Notes: generated by a model not told the origin, from the letters alone. 64,000 nucleotides of DNA from an uncultured Acidimicrobiaceae bacterium (GCA_963764305.1 CAVXSD010000009.1:369949-433948); one strand, 5' to 3'; counted from the first letter of the stretch, positions 1 to 8,499 are shown. Numbers and translations: made by a program.

Positions 1-236
1 GCGACGTCACCAAGTTCGTGACCGCTGGCGACGCTCGTATCGAGGTAGCCGAGACGTCGACCGGTGTACGTCTCGTCGTGAAGGGACCCGGCGAGACTGT
101 TACCGTGACGGGTTGGGCCGAGGTCGCACCCACCTCGCCTAATGCGAGCGTCGCCCACGACCCGTCGACTGGCGTCTGGACCGCCGCGATCGATGTACCC
201 AGTCGCGGCTGGGCGACCCTTCTCGTCGACGCCTGA
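1..236 (+). CDS. C-terminal fragment of an unidentified protein (runs off the window start)
   Basis: Frame is open from the window edge to the stop at 234-236. GC-rich third codon positions. No family recognisable from 72 aa. Confidence 0.3.
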   Translation, partial: DVTKFVTAGDARIEVAETSTGVRLVVKGPGETVTVTGWAEVAPTSPNASVAHDPSTGVWTAAIDVPSRGWATLLVDA

Positions 237-387
237 CCCTTCGGCATGAAGCGTCCAACAAGGCCATCCCGGTCGCGGGGGTAGCACCATGAAAGTCTGG
301 GGGGCACGAACTGGAGGAGTTCCAGCCTTCTACCCTCCCTGTTCGGGGACAGGCGTCCAGGGGCGCAAGAAGGCAGACTTGGAGGCA

Positions 388-947
388 ATGCCCAGCACAC
401 CGCCCGAGAGAATCGAAGATCCTCCAATCGTGTTACGGAGGTTTCGAGGCGGCGAGTTGCAGGCGCTCTTTGAGGCGTTTTCAACAAGCACTGATCACCT
501 GAGTCCATGGTTGGCGTGGGCCTCGGTAGAGCCGTTGGAGCAAGGACTTGGCGACTTCATCCCTCACTCGATTGAGGCCTTCGAGCGTGGCGACAACTAC
601 GACTATGCGATTTGGAACCTCGCTGAAACCACGCTGGTCGGTGGAGCTGGTCCACATCCTGGGCTGGGTTCGGATCGAAATCGGTTACTGGGTCTGGGCG
701 GGCTGGCTCCGACGTGGCATCGCCTCAGCCGCTGCCCACGCCCCCGACGACGGCCGCGTTTCAGTTGACCGGGATGGAGGAGGTCCACATCCATTGTGAT
801 GAAGCAAACCTTCCCAGTGCCGGCGTCCTCCGTGGCTTGGGGTTTCGCCTGCCAAGAACAATCGATGACGAGGTGAACGCTCACGCCGAGGTCAGACGAA
901 GTACGGAGTGGGCGATGACGGTGAGTGAGTGGAACAGGGTTAATTGA
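388..947 (+). pseudogene. GNAT (RimJ/RimL-type) N-acetyltransferase with the frame broken twice (true pseudogene or assembly indels)
   Basis: GGAGG at 381-385 precedes the ATG at 388. The N-terminal part is in the frame of ORF 289..768. The core motif RIEIGYWVWAGWLRRGIASAAA is in the frame of ORF 548..799. The C-terminal part (FQLTGMEEVHIHCDEANLPSAGVLRGLGF) is in the frame of ORF 714..947. Switches lie near 650 and near the C-run at 741-745. Confidence 0.7.
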
Positions 948-1095
948 GGACGTCGTGGCTCGATGGGATGCAACCCCATCCCGGCGACGCGGGGCAGCCG
1001 GTTCGGAGACGCTCAGGTATAGGGACATAAGCAAGCAAGTGAGGGTCACCTGGTCCTAGGTTTCGACCGAGGCCGCCAGCTAGATCCGACTCAGG

Positions 1096-1122
1096 TGTCA
1101 CGTTCGAGTCGTGGCCGGTGTC
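1096..1122 (+). promoter_or_regulatory. Candidate ECF41-type promoter (TGTCACG-N16-TGTC)
   Basis: TGTCACG at 1096-1102, a 16-nt spacer, then TGTC at 1119-1122. The known ECF41 consensus is TGTCACA-N16-CGTC. It lies about 35 nt upstream of the CMD start, which has a GAGGAGG RBS. Confidence 0.4.
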
Positions 1123-1155
1123 TCATGGTGAAAGCAAGTCACCCGAGGAGGCATT

Positions 1156-1735
1156 ATGGCCAGCAGTACACGGATCCCCCAGGCAGAACTGACCGGACTC
1201 TACGGCGCACTGGTAAAGCGGATGTCGCGCAGAATGTTCGGAGAGGTGCCCGAACCGGTCGGGGTGACGTGGCACAACAGAAAGGTGTTGAACTTCAGCT
1301 TCGGCGTCGGTCGAAAGGCCCAGAAGTGGGACCGATGCGACGAGAATCTGAAATCGTTCGCCCACATGGCGGCGGTCAGCCTCGTCGGTTGCAGCTTCTG
1401 CCTCGACTTCGGCTACTTCCACGCCCACAATGAGGGACTCGACGTCAAAAAGGCGCGTGAGGTGCCGCGCTGGCGGGTGTCGGATGTGTTCACGCCGCTC
1501 GAACGCGACGTCATGGAGTATGCCGAAGCGATGACGCAGACCCCGCCGACGGTGACTGACGAACTGTCGGCTGGACTGCTCAAGGCGCTGGGTCCGGCCG
1601 CCCTGGTCGAAACTCACCGCATTCATTGCGCTGGCCAACTTCATGGCCCGCTCCAATGTCGCCATGGGCATTGAGTCCCAGGAGTTCTCGGCCGCCTGTG
1701 ACCTCAAGCCGCTCGCCCTAGCCTCGTCAGCATGA
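1156..1735 (+). pseudogene. Carboxymuconolactone decarboxylase (AhpD-like) family protein with a +1 frameshift near the 3' end
   Basis: CMD-like sequence (CSFCLDFGYF, TPLERDVMEYAEAMT). After GAAA at 1609-1612 the conserved tail LTAFIALANFMARSNVAMGIESQEFS continues in the next frame. That frame ends at TGA 1733-1735, overlapping the sigma ATG (ATGA). Confidence 0.75.
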
Positions 1736-2595
1736 TGGACGATCCGTTCGTCACCCATCGCGGGCTGCTCTTCACCGTCGCCTACGAGATGCTCGGCTCC
1801 GCGACCGACGCCGAGGACGTCGTTCAGGAGACCTGGCTGCGCTGGGCGGGCGTGGATCGGACTGAGGTACGTGACCAGCGGGCGTATCTGGTCCGGATAG
1901 TCACTCGGCAGGCGCTGAACCGGCTCCGAACGGTGTCCCGCCGCCGAGAGGACTACCCCGGGGAATGGCTGCCCGAACCGGTGTTGACGGGTCCGGACAT
2001 GGCCGAGGACGCCGAGCTCGCCGAGAACATCTCGATCGCCCTGCTCACAGTGCTCGAGACCCTTGGTCCGGTCGAGCGGGCCGTGTTCGTACTGCACGAG
2101 GTATTCGAGACTCCGTACGACGAGGTCGCTGAGGTCGTGAGCAAGACGCCCGCCGCGGTCCGGCAGATCGCGCACCGTGCCCGGGAGCATGTGGCGGCAC
2201 GACGTCCGCGGATGCAGGTGGACCGAGCCCAACAAGAGGCAACCCTCAGACAGTTCATGGCAGCCGTTACCTCCGGTGATGTGCGGGGATTGGTGGAAGT
2301 GCTCGCCCCAGATGTGGTGTTGATCGCCGATGGCGGTGGTCTCGTGCGGGCTGCCAGGAAGCCGCTCGTCGGGGCGGAGACGGTTGTGGCGTTCCTGGCC
2401 CGCGTGGCGGATCTGTCGGGATTGATGGCAACGACTGCCTGGTTCAACGGCATGGCCGGCGCCCGGTTCGATGTTGGTGGCGATGTCACTGCGGTGAGTC
2501 TGGTGATCGAGAATGACCTGATCACACGGATCTACGCTGTCCGCAATCCGAACAAGCTGGGACGACTGGAAGAAGTGGCCGAACTGCGGCGGTGA
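1732..2595 (+). CDS. ECF sigma factor, ECF41/SigJ-like, with a fused SnoaL-like C-terminal domain
   Basis: 287 aa. Sigma-70 regions 2 and 4 are present (EDVVQETWLRW, YDEVAEVVSKTPAAVRQIAHRAREH). A roughly 100-aa C-terminal extension carries DGGGL and NPNKL motifs. There is no adjacent anti-sigma gene, and a CMD gene lies upstream. Confidence 0.9.
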   Translation: MMDDPFVTHRGLLFTVAYEMLGSATDAEDVVQETWLRWAGVDRTEVRDQRAYLVRIVTRQALNRLRTVSRRREDYPGEWLPEPVLTGPDMAEDAELAENISIALLTVLETLGPVERAVFVLHEVFETPYDEVAEVVSKTPAAVRQIAHRAREHVAARRPRMQVDRAQQEATLRQFMAAVTSGDVRGLVEVLAPDVVLIADGGGLVRAARKPLVGAETVVAFLARVADLSGLMATTAWFNGMAGARFDVGGDVTAVSLVIENDLITRIYAVRNPNKLGRLEEVAELRR

Positions 2596-2835
2596 CGTTC
2601 GGCGGTCACTTATGGGCTATCCCCATGGTGCGATTACGAGGGCCGTGCTGTTGCCGGCTTCAGCGCAGTCTTGAAGGGCAGTTGAAGGCCTTGCGACGTC
2701 CCGCCCGTTCATAGAGTCTCGGGTCCCTCAGTCATGAGGACGGTGTACCCACGACCAACACGTCATTAAGCGCCAATGAACTCTGTCCAGGGCAGTGCGC
2801 GACTCGGGCGGGGCCGCGCGTGCCAGGGCTGCTAG

Positions 2836-4548
2836 TCAGGTCCCGCGATCACCTTCCTCGCCCGGTCGTCCCACCACATCCAATTGCTCGTCGGCAAGGA
2901 GTCTTTGGACGAGCCGGACCGCGATTGAGCCCTCTCCTACCGCAGACGCCACCCGCTTGACCGAAGACCGCCTCACGTCTCCGGCTGCGAACACACGGGG
3001 CATGCTGGTCTCGAGTGAGTAGGGCTGTCGATCCAGGGGCCAGTTGGAAACCTCCGACACCTCTCCACCGGTGAGGAGGAACCCATTGGGGTCTCCTACA
3101 ATCTCTGGTGGCAGCCATTCCGTGTGAGGGTCGGCTCCGATCAACACGAACAATGCGTCAGCAGCGACTGTCTCTCGTTCGCCAGACCCTCTTTCTCGAA
3201 GCATCAACTGCTGGAGACGTCCCTCACCATCCCCGCCGACAACTTCGGTGCAGGTACGCACATCGAGGTTCGGCGTTGACTCGATCTCTTGGATGAGATA
3301 ATGCGACATCCCAACTTGAAGTGTCTGAGCCCGCACGACGAGCGTGACCTGTTTCGCATACCGCGCGAGATGGAGAACCGCCTGGCCGGCTGAGTTTCCG
3401 CCACCCACCACATACGCGACTTTGCCGCTCAGCGCAGGGGCCTCCGAGGCCGGCCCGCCGTAGAACACACCCGCCCCGGTCAATTCCTCAAGAGCAGGAA
3501 TACCGAGACGACGGTAGGTGGCCCCGACGGTCAGGATCACCGTTCGGGCCGTCACATGCCGTTCGTCAGCAAACGAGAGGGTGAGGAGGTCCCCCAAGCA
3601 AGTGAGGGCAGTGACGCGGTGCATGAACACGAAGGTCGCTCCGAACACTGAAGCCTGCTCGTAGGCCTGTTCGGCAAGCCGACTGCCGCTCACCCCTTTC
3701 GGAAAGCCCAGGTAGTTGCGAATCAGCGAGCTCGACCGCACCTGTCCCCCGATTCCGCCCTCATCGAGCACGAGGACCCGCAGGCCCTCCGAGGCGCCAT
3801 AGACAGCCGCGGACAGTCCCGCCGGCCCCGCACCCACAATGACGACGTCGTAGGTGTCTTCGTCGAAGTCGCTCGTGACCCCAGCGGCCTCTGCGATTTC
3901 CATGTTGGACGGATCGCTCAGAACCCGGCCGTCAGGAAGCACCATCATGGGGAGTTTGGCCTCGGGTCCTGCCTTGGCGAGCAGTTCACGCCCCTCAGTG
4001 GAGTCCGCCAGGCAAAAGGCGTGCGGAACCGCGCAACGCTCGAAAGTCTCCCTGAGCTCATACGCCCTGCCCGACCAGTCCTGACCGACAATGTGAATGG
4101 TGTGCGGGACCGTCCGTCGTTCGGTTGCCCACTCGAGGAGGAAGCTCGTCACGGACTCATGGAAGACCTCATCGGGTGGCCCACCGGGCCTAATTGCGTA
4201 GTAATGCACTCGCCCCAACGCGATGGAGGAGCGAAGCACATCTGCCCTCGACCTGTCTGCCCAGACATCCGGGGCAACCAGAAGCGCGCACTTCGCGTGC
4301 GGGTGGAGCTCGCGCACATGTTCGAGCAATCCACCCGAGGCGGTAACGGCCTCCGACTGCCCGACGAGTACCAGGGCAATATCCTCGGCGGCTTCCGCCA
4401 ACTCGGTCAGGCGCTGTCGTGCCAGTACTGGATCCCCGAGACACTCGACGCGATAGTCGTGCGCGTACCTTTGGCTCAACTGAGTCTTGAGAACGCCAAG
4501 GGTCCGTGGGTCCTCGTCAAAGGCGAACAGAACCGGGAGCGCCATCAT
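2836..4548 (-). CDS. FAD-dependent pyridine nucleotide-disulfide oxidoreductase (thioredoxin-reductase-like) with a roughly 230-aa N-terminal extension
   Basis: Two Rossmann motifs (VVIVGAGPAGLSAAVY, VVGGGNSAGQAV) and a TrxR-like C-terminus (VFAAGDVR). Start chosen at ATG 4548, which overlaps the upstream stop (ATGA). Confidence 0.85.
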   Translation of the reverse strand: MMALPVLFAFDEDPRTLGVLKTQLSQRYAHDYRVECLGDPVLARQRLTELAEAAEDIALVLVGQSEAVTASGGLLEHVRELHPHAKCALLVAPDVWADRSRADVLRSSIALGRVHYYAIRPGGPPDEVFHESVTSFLLEWATERRTVPHTIHIVGQDWSGRAYELRETFERCAVPHAFCLADSTEGRELLAKAGPEAKLPMMVLPDGRVLSDPSNMEIAEAAGVTSDFDEDTYDVVIVGAGPAGLSAAVYGASEGLRVLVLDEGGIGGQVRSSSLIRNYLGFPKGVSGSRLAEQAYEQASVFGATFVFMHRVTALTCLGDLLTLSFADERHVTARTVILTVGATYRRLGIPALEELTGAGVFYGGPASEAPALSGKVAYVVGGGNSAGQAVLHLARYAKQVTLVVRAQTLQVGMSHYLIQEIESTPNLDVRTCTEVVGGDGEGRLQQLMLRERGSGERETVAADALFVLIGADPHTEWLPPEIVGDPNGFLLTGGEVSEVSNWPLDRQPYSLETSMPRVFAAGDVRRSSVKRVASAVGEGSIAVRLVQRLLADEQLDVVGRPGEEGDRGT

Positions 4549-5195
4549 TGAACTGCCTCCGAGGGTTGACCAGGAAGCGGCTTCCAATAGTCGAGTCCCC
4601 TCCGATTCCGACTCGAGGAGGCGCTTGTGGCGTGCACGTCTTCGAACTGAGGAGCTTCGTCCTCGAGCGTCAGCTCAACGCCATTCGCGGCGAAACTGAT
4701 CGCGTGGTACCAGCCGCACAGCATCAGCAAGTCGAGGATCTCGACTTCAGTCAATTCTTCCGACAGGCGTTCCCATAATCCGTCAGGGATGCGACACTCG
4801 TCGTGCAGGGCATCGGCGACATCGATCAGGACTCGATCTCTCTGGTTCGCCCAGCACGGATCCCTCGACGCACCGTGGGTCAATGAGCTGATCTGCTCGG
4901 TAGTCAACCCGACCCGGTTGGCGAAGAATGCGACGTGGACGCCCCATTCGTACTCACAGCGACAGCGTGCACACGTTCGATCGATCACGATCTCTCGGTC
5001 ACGCATCGACAACGACAGGCGTTTGCTCAACTCGTAGCTGCCCCACGCCCCCATCGCGTTCGTCATCGCAAGGTTCTTCACAAAGGTACGAAACAGAAGT
5101 ATCGGTGGAACGCCCGGAGGCATCATCGCCTCCAACTGATCGCCCACGTCATCCTCATATGGTGGTTGTACTGGACTAATTCTGGACAGCATCAC
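4545..5195 (-). CDS. Carboxymuconolactone decarboxylase family protein
   Basis: 216 aa, intact. CMD-like CxxC region (RTCARCRCEYEWGVHV). Translationally coupled to the downstream oxidoreductase. Confidence 0.8.
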   Translation of the reverse strand: MMLSRISPVQPPYEDDVGDQLEAMMPPGVPPILLFRTFVKNLAMTNAMGAWGSYELSKRLSLSMRDREIVIDRTCARCRCEYEWGVHVAFFANRVGLTTEQISSLTHGASRDPCWANQRDRVLIDVADALHDECRIPDGLWERLSEELTEVEILDLLMLCGWYHAISFAANGVELTLEDEAPQFEDVHATSASSSRNRRGLDYWKPLPGQPSEAVQ

Positions 5196-5211
5196 TCACC
5201 TCCGGTGTTTT

Positions 5212-5250
5212 GATTTCCGAAACCTTTGCCATGGTAACGTTTCGGAAATC
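5212..5250. promoter_or_regulatory. Perfect 12-bp inverted repeat (GATTTCCGAAAC-N15-GTTTCGGAAATC), candidate HxlR operator
   Basis: Located in the roughly 90-bp divergent intergenic region between the CMD operon start (5195) and the HxlR start (5285). The arms at 5212-5223 and 5239-5250 are exact reverse complements. Confidence 0.5.
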
Positions 5251-5284
5251 GAAATGCAATTGGTTCAAGGATCGGGAGGGCTCG

Positions 5285-5641
5285 ATGGCTCGCAGCACAA
5301 CTCCGAAACCGGGGCAGGAGGTTCGGGGTTCGACCACGGGGCGCCCTCTGATGGCGGCAATGGATCTTCTGGGACGGCGTTGGGCGCTCCGAATCCTTTG
5401 GGAGCTCCAGGCTGGGCCCATCGGAGCAAGAGCCCTTCAGGCCAGGTGCGACGGCATGTCGTCGAGTGTCCTCTACGACCGCCTCAGGGATCTTGCGACG
5501 TCTGGACTCGTCGAACGGACGCACGATGATCAGTACATTCTGAGCGAGCTGGGCGCTGCGCTCGGATCCGCACTCAAGCCACTGGACACATGGGCTCAGT
5601 CCTGGGCGACATCGCTCCAGCACAGGCCGTACGAAGAGTGA
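5285..5641 (+). CDS. HxlR-family winged-helix transcriptional regulator
   Basis: The motif AMDLLGRRWALRILWEL ... SSSVLYDRLRDLATSGLV is typical of HxlR. The ATG at 5285 is preceded by GGGAGGG. Confidence 0.85.
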   Translation: MARSTTPKPGQEVRGSTTGRPLMAAMDLLGRRWALRILWELQAGPIGARALQARCDGMSSSVLYDRLRDLATSGLVERTHDDQYILSELGAALGSALKPLDTWAQSWATSLQHRPYEE

Positions 5642-5834
5642 GGTGGCGAAGTTGCCTTCAGCTGCCTCCCTGGCGTTTCCAATCGCTGCGAAAGAGGTGT
5701 CGGGACTCTCACGTCAACCCGGCTTCATCTGCTGGTCGTCGACGAGCGAACGTGCCGGTCGGTGCGCCATGGCCATGGTTCGCCATTGGTTCGTGGATAT
5801 GTCGCTTCTCCCTGATCGACGGGTTCGTTGCCGT

Positions 5835-6233
5835 TCAGCCGGGTGGTGCAAAGAACTCAAGCGCGATGCCGTCAGGATCCCGAAAGCTCAGCGCTGAGCC
5901 GTAGGCAGCGTCCTTGATTGTGCCGTGCTCGATGCCGAGCTCGTCGAGGCGCGACGCCCACTTCTCAAGTTCGTCGCGGTTTGCACAGCCAAAGGCCAGA
6001 TGATCCAAACCGACTCGGTATTCGCTGAACGACTCCCTTGGTGCAGACCGCTTGTGCCGATGTAACCCGAGGAGCGTTCCGCCATCGAGCAGGTAGACAG
6101 TGTGGTGAAACTCGGGGTCAGTGTCCTCGTCGATCACGGGCTCGGCGTCGAGAAGTGCCTCGTACCACGGAACGCTGACCGAGAGGTCCCGTACGGTGAG
6201 AGCCGCAGGTGTGATTGATGGGAAGGTGCTCAT
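5835..6233 (-). CDS. VOC (glyoxalase/bleomycin-resistance/dioxygenase) family protein
   Basis: 132 aa, intact, with a single VOC-like module (HHTVYLLDGGTLLGLH, GLDHLAFG, ALSFRDPDGIALEFF). Confidence 0.8.
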   Translation of the reverse strand: MSTFPSITPAALTVRDLSVSVPWYEALLDAEPVIDEDTDPEFHHTVYLLDGGTLLGLHRHKRSAPRESFSEYRVGLDHLAFGCANRDELEKWASRLDELGIEHGTIKDAAYGSALSFRDPDGIALEFFAPPG

Positions 6234-6373
6234 TAACTTCGCTCTTGCTCTCGGACCGTGCAGCGCAACTCCACGGTCAGTTCGTTATTGTCAAGACCAG
6301 CTTCTGCTCGAAAGGGGCCGGTGACCATGACTGAGCGCCCATGTGTGCGTGCCGGGACACCACACCGAGGGAA

Positions 6374-6897
6374 ATGAGTGCTTTGGAGGGCTCTGAGGAA
6401 CGCTGTCTGCTGGACTCAGCTCTCCATCAGCTTCGACTGGAAGGTGCAATCTTCTTTCGATCCGAACTCACGGAGGCATTCCATTCGAATCAACACCTCT
6501 GGCCCTCGCAAACGCGCTTCATCCTGGGGCGACGCGCCTGATCCTGTTCCACATCGTGGCCCAGGGAACTTGCTGGGTTTCAGGTGAGGACGAAGAGCGG
6601 CACTGGGCAAGTCCGGACGACGTGATCGTTCTTCCATACGGAGACCGTCACGTCATCGGTGGTGAAGCCCCCGCTGATCCAGTGTCGATCGTCAGGCTTC
6701 TCGATCCTCTGCCATGGAAAGATATCCCGCTCTTGCGCCACGGCGGCGGTGGGCGGCGTACCGACCTGGTTTGTGGCTACCTGTACTCCGAGGATCCCTT
6801 ATTCGACCCGGCGATGAGAGCATTGCCCTCCGTCTTCGTGGTTCGTCTCCCAAGGACACCGGAGGACACTGGGTCGAAGCAAGCATCACCTACCTTG
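6374..6897 (+). pseudogene. AraC-family regulator, cupin N-terminal half only, with two frame breaks and a truncated C-terminus
   Basis: LRLEGAIFFRSELTEAF is in one frame. PFESTPLALANALHPGATRLILFHIVAQGTCWVSG is in the next (switch near 6480). HWVEASITYLVD is in a third (switch near 6850). No HTH domain follows. Confidence 0.6.
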
Positions 6898-7046
6898 TCG
6901 ACCTCGGCGACGTCACGATCGGGCGACAGCACCGCCACGGCAATCGATTCCTTCGACACGTCCATCCCCAAATGGATGAATCCTCGGTCGGCAATACCGG
7001 ACACGGCACGCTCCTTCCTTCCGCATGTCGGCTCCGTCCACCGCAC
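6893..7046 (-). mobile_element. IS110-family transposase N-terminal remnant
   Basis: The minus-strand reading IHLGMDVSKESIAVAVLSPDRDVAEVDK matches the characteristic IS110 N-terminus (GIDVSK..xAVAVL). It stops after about 35 aa where the AraC fragment ends. Confidence 0.45.
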
Positions 7047-7121
7047 AAGTGAATGATCCGCGTAAATGCGGACGCCGGAGGAGCTGGCCGTTCCATACTG
7101 AATGGGGGCACCTCGGTCCCT

Positions 7122-7769
7122 CTAAAGGGGCGCCAGCCTGAGGATGTCGGCCAGCCACGCTTCAGCGTTTGGAGTGCCGAGGTCGGGGTTGATGTCGAAG
7201 CGGTCGGAATTGAGCGAGTCGATCCGCCAGCCGGATCGGAACGCGGCGCGCAGCTCGCCATCGGTGACGCGACGGGGGCCCCAGTCACCGGGCTGACGGT
7301 CGCTGAAACACATCAGATGAAGGTGGCCGCCTGGACGTAGAACCGCATGGAGGGCCGCGACATACCGGGTACGGGCAGCGTCGTCGAAGACGTGGAACAA
7401 CCCACTGTCGAGTATCGTCTGGAAGGACCCTTCGAGCGCGTCGAGGCGGAGCGCGTCGAGGCGGAGCGCGTCGAGAACCTGGAAGATGGTCTCGACCCCA
7501 CGCTCAGCGGCTTTGCGCCGGGCGATCTCGATCGCGCGCGGGGAGATGTCAATGCCGAGGGCCTCAGCGCCGCGGCGCGCAGCAAGGATCGTGTGCTCGC
7601 CGGTCCCGCAGCCCGCGTCGAGGAGGGCACCGGTGAGCGCGCCGGCGTCGGCGAGACGGAGAAACGCGGGCTGGGGGCGGCCGATGTCCCACGGCGGCGC
7701 CGGGCCCGTGTACGAGTCGTCCCAGTCGTGGGCTGGGCCGGTTGCAGTCATGTGACCATTCTCGCTCAA
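7122..7769 (-). CDS. Class I SAM-dependent methyltransferase
   Basis: Motif I LLDAGCGTGEHT, followed by GIDISPRAIEIARRKA. Intact 215-aa ORF. Confidence 0.85.
   Translation of the reverse strand: MSENGHMTATGPAHDWDDSYTGPAPPWDIGRPQPAFLRLADAGALTGALLDAGCGTGEHTILAARRGAEALGIDISPRAIEIARRKAAERGVETIFQVLDALRLDALRLDALEGSFQTILDSGLFHVFDDAARTRYVAALHAVLRPGGHLHLMCFSDRQPGDWGPRRVTDGELRAAFRSGWRIDSLNSDRFDINPDLGTPNAEAWLADILRLAPL
7434..7475. repeat. 15-bp tandem repeat, about 2.8 copies (GAGCGCGTCGAGGCG), in frame within the methyltransferase
   Basis: Copies at 7434-7448 and 7449-7463, partial copy at 7464-7475. Encodes DALRL-DALRL-DALE on the minus strand. Confidence 0.9.
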
Positions 7770-8166
7770 CTGGGCAAGCGAGAGGCGCGTCTATCCAATG
7801 AACGGGGACAGTGTCAGGAGGCCGTTGCGCGAGTAGTGAAGTGGACTACTAACCAAGAGACGGGGGGAGGCGTGGCCTGCATCGTGCCGTCATGGATCAC
7901 CGCCCAGCATCGCATCGGCCCGACAAGGAGACCAGATGGTGGTCACCGGGCTGTGGCATCGGCCTGACGGGGCAACCGTACACCGGGGGAGGATCAAGGT
8001 CCGCCCGCGGTCCAACCGAAGGCGCATGATTGGACCGGTCACCCCCCATTCGGACCGTTGGCGATCGGTCACGGTGACGGGCGTCATCTCAGCGCATACT
8101 CAGTGCGCGTGCAAAGTTGCATTTGGTCATCCGACTCGATAGACCGCCGCCGCACCCCCAGAGGCG

Positions 8167-8448
8167 ATGACTGCGCGCCCGCCGATCGAATGGCTCATGA
8201 CGCCCGACGCCCGACGCCCGACGCCCGAGCCCGAGCCCGATGACATCCTACGCCGCCCTGAGTGGCACCGGGCCGCCTGGAGGGGCGTGTGGCCGGACGT
8301 GTTCATCCGTGGCCCGAAGGCGGACCACGGGACGAGCCGGACGCCGTGCGAGGACTATTCGGAAGGGCAACGGTGCCTCGAGATCACGCCGGCCGATGAC
8401 TCGTTAGGGGGTCTGTGGACGGGACTGCGGACGCCGGACGCCGCGTGA
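8167..8448 (+). CDS. WhiB-like (Wbl) protein lacking two of the four conserved cysteines (degenerate or divergent)
   Basis: EWHRAAWRGVWPDVFI ... PCEDYSEGQRCLE ... GGLWTGL aligns with the Wbl pattern W..A.C....PdlFF ... C-x2-C-x5-C ... GvWGG. TGG (8278-8280) and TAT (8356-8358) sit at two of the Cys positions. Confidence 0.5.
   Translation: MTARPPIEWLMTPDARRPTPEPEPDDILRRPEWHRAAWRGVWPDVFIRGPKADHGTSRTPCEDYSEGQRCLEITPADDSLGGLWTGLRTPDAA
8201..8240. repeat. Microsatellite: (CGCCCGA)x4 followed by (GCCCGA)x2
   Basis: Direct count: 7-mers at 8201-8228 and 6-mers at 8229-8240. Lies inside the N-terminal Pro/Glu-rich tail of the Wbl-like ORF. Confidence 0.9.
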
Positions 8449-8499
8449 TGCGTCGGGCGGAGGCGTAGGTCAGTCGGCCCCTGTCTTCAAAGGGGCCAA

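Noticed and set aside
1123-2235. 370-aa minus-strand ORF
   Set aside because: It is antisense to the CMD and sigma genes, which have clear family motifs. It has no recognisable domain.
7770-8166. Possible riboswitch or sRNA in the 400-bp gap upstream of the Wbl-like ORF
   Set aside because: I could not recognise any known riboswitch core or a convincing conserved structure by eye. An Rfam scan would be needed.
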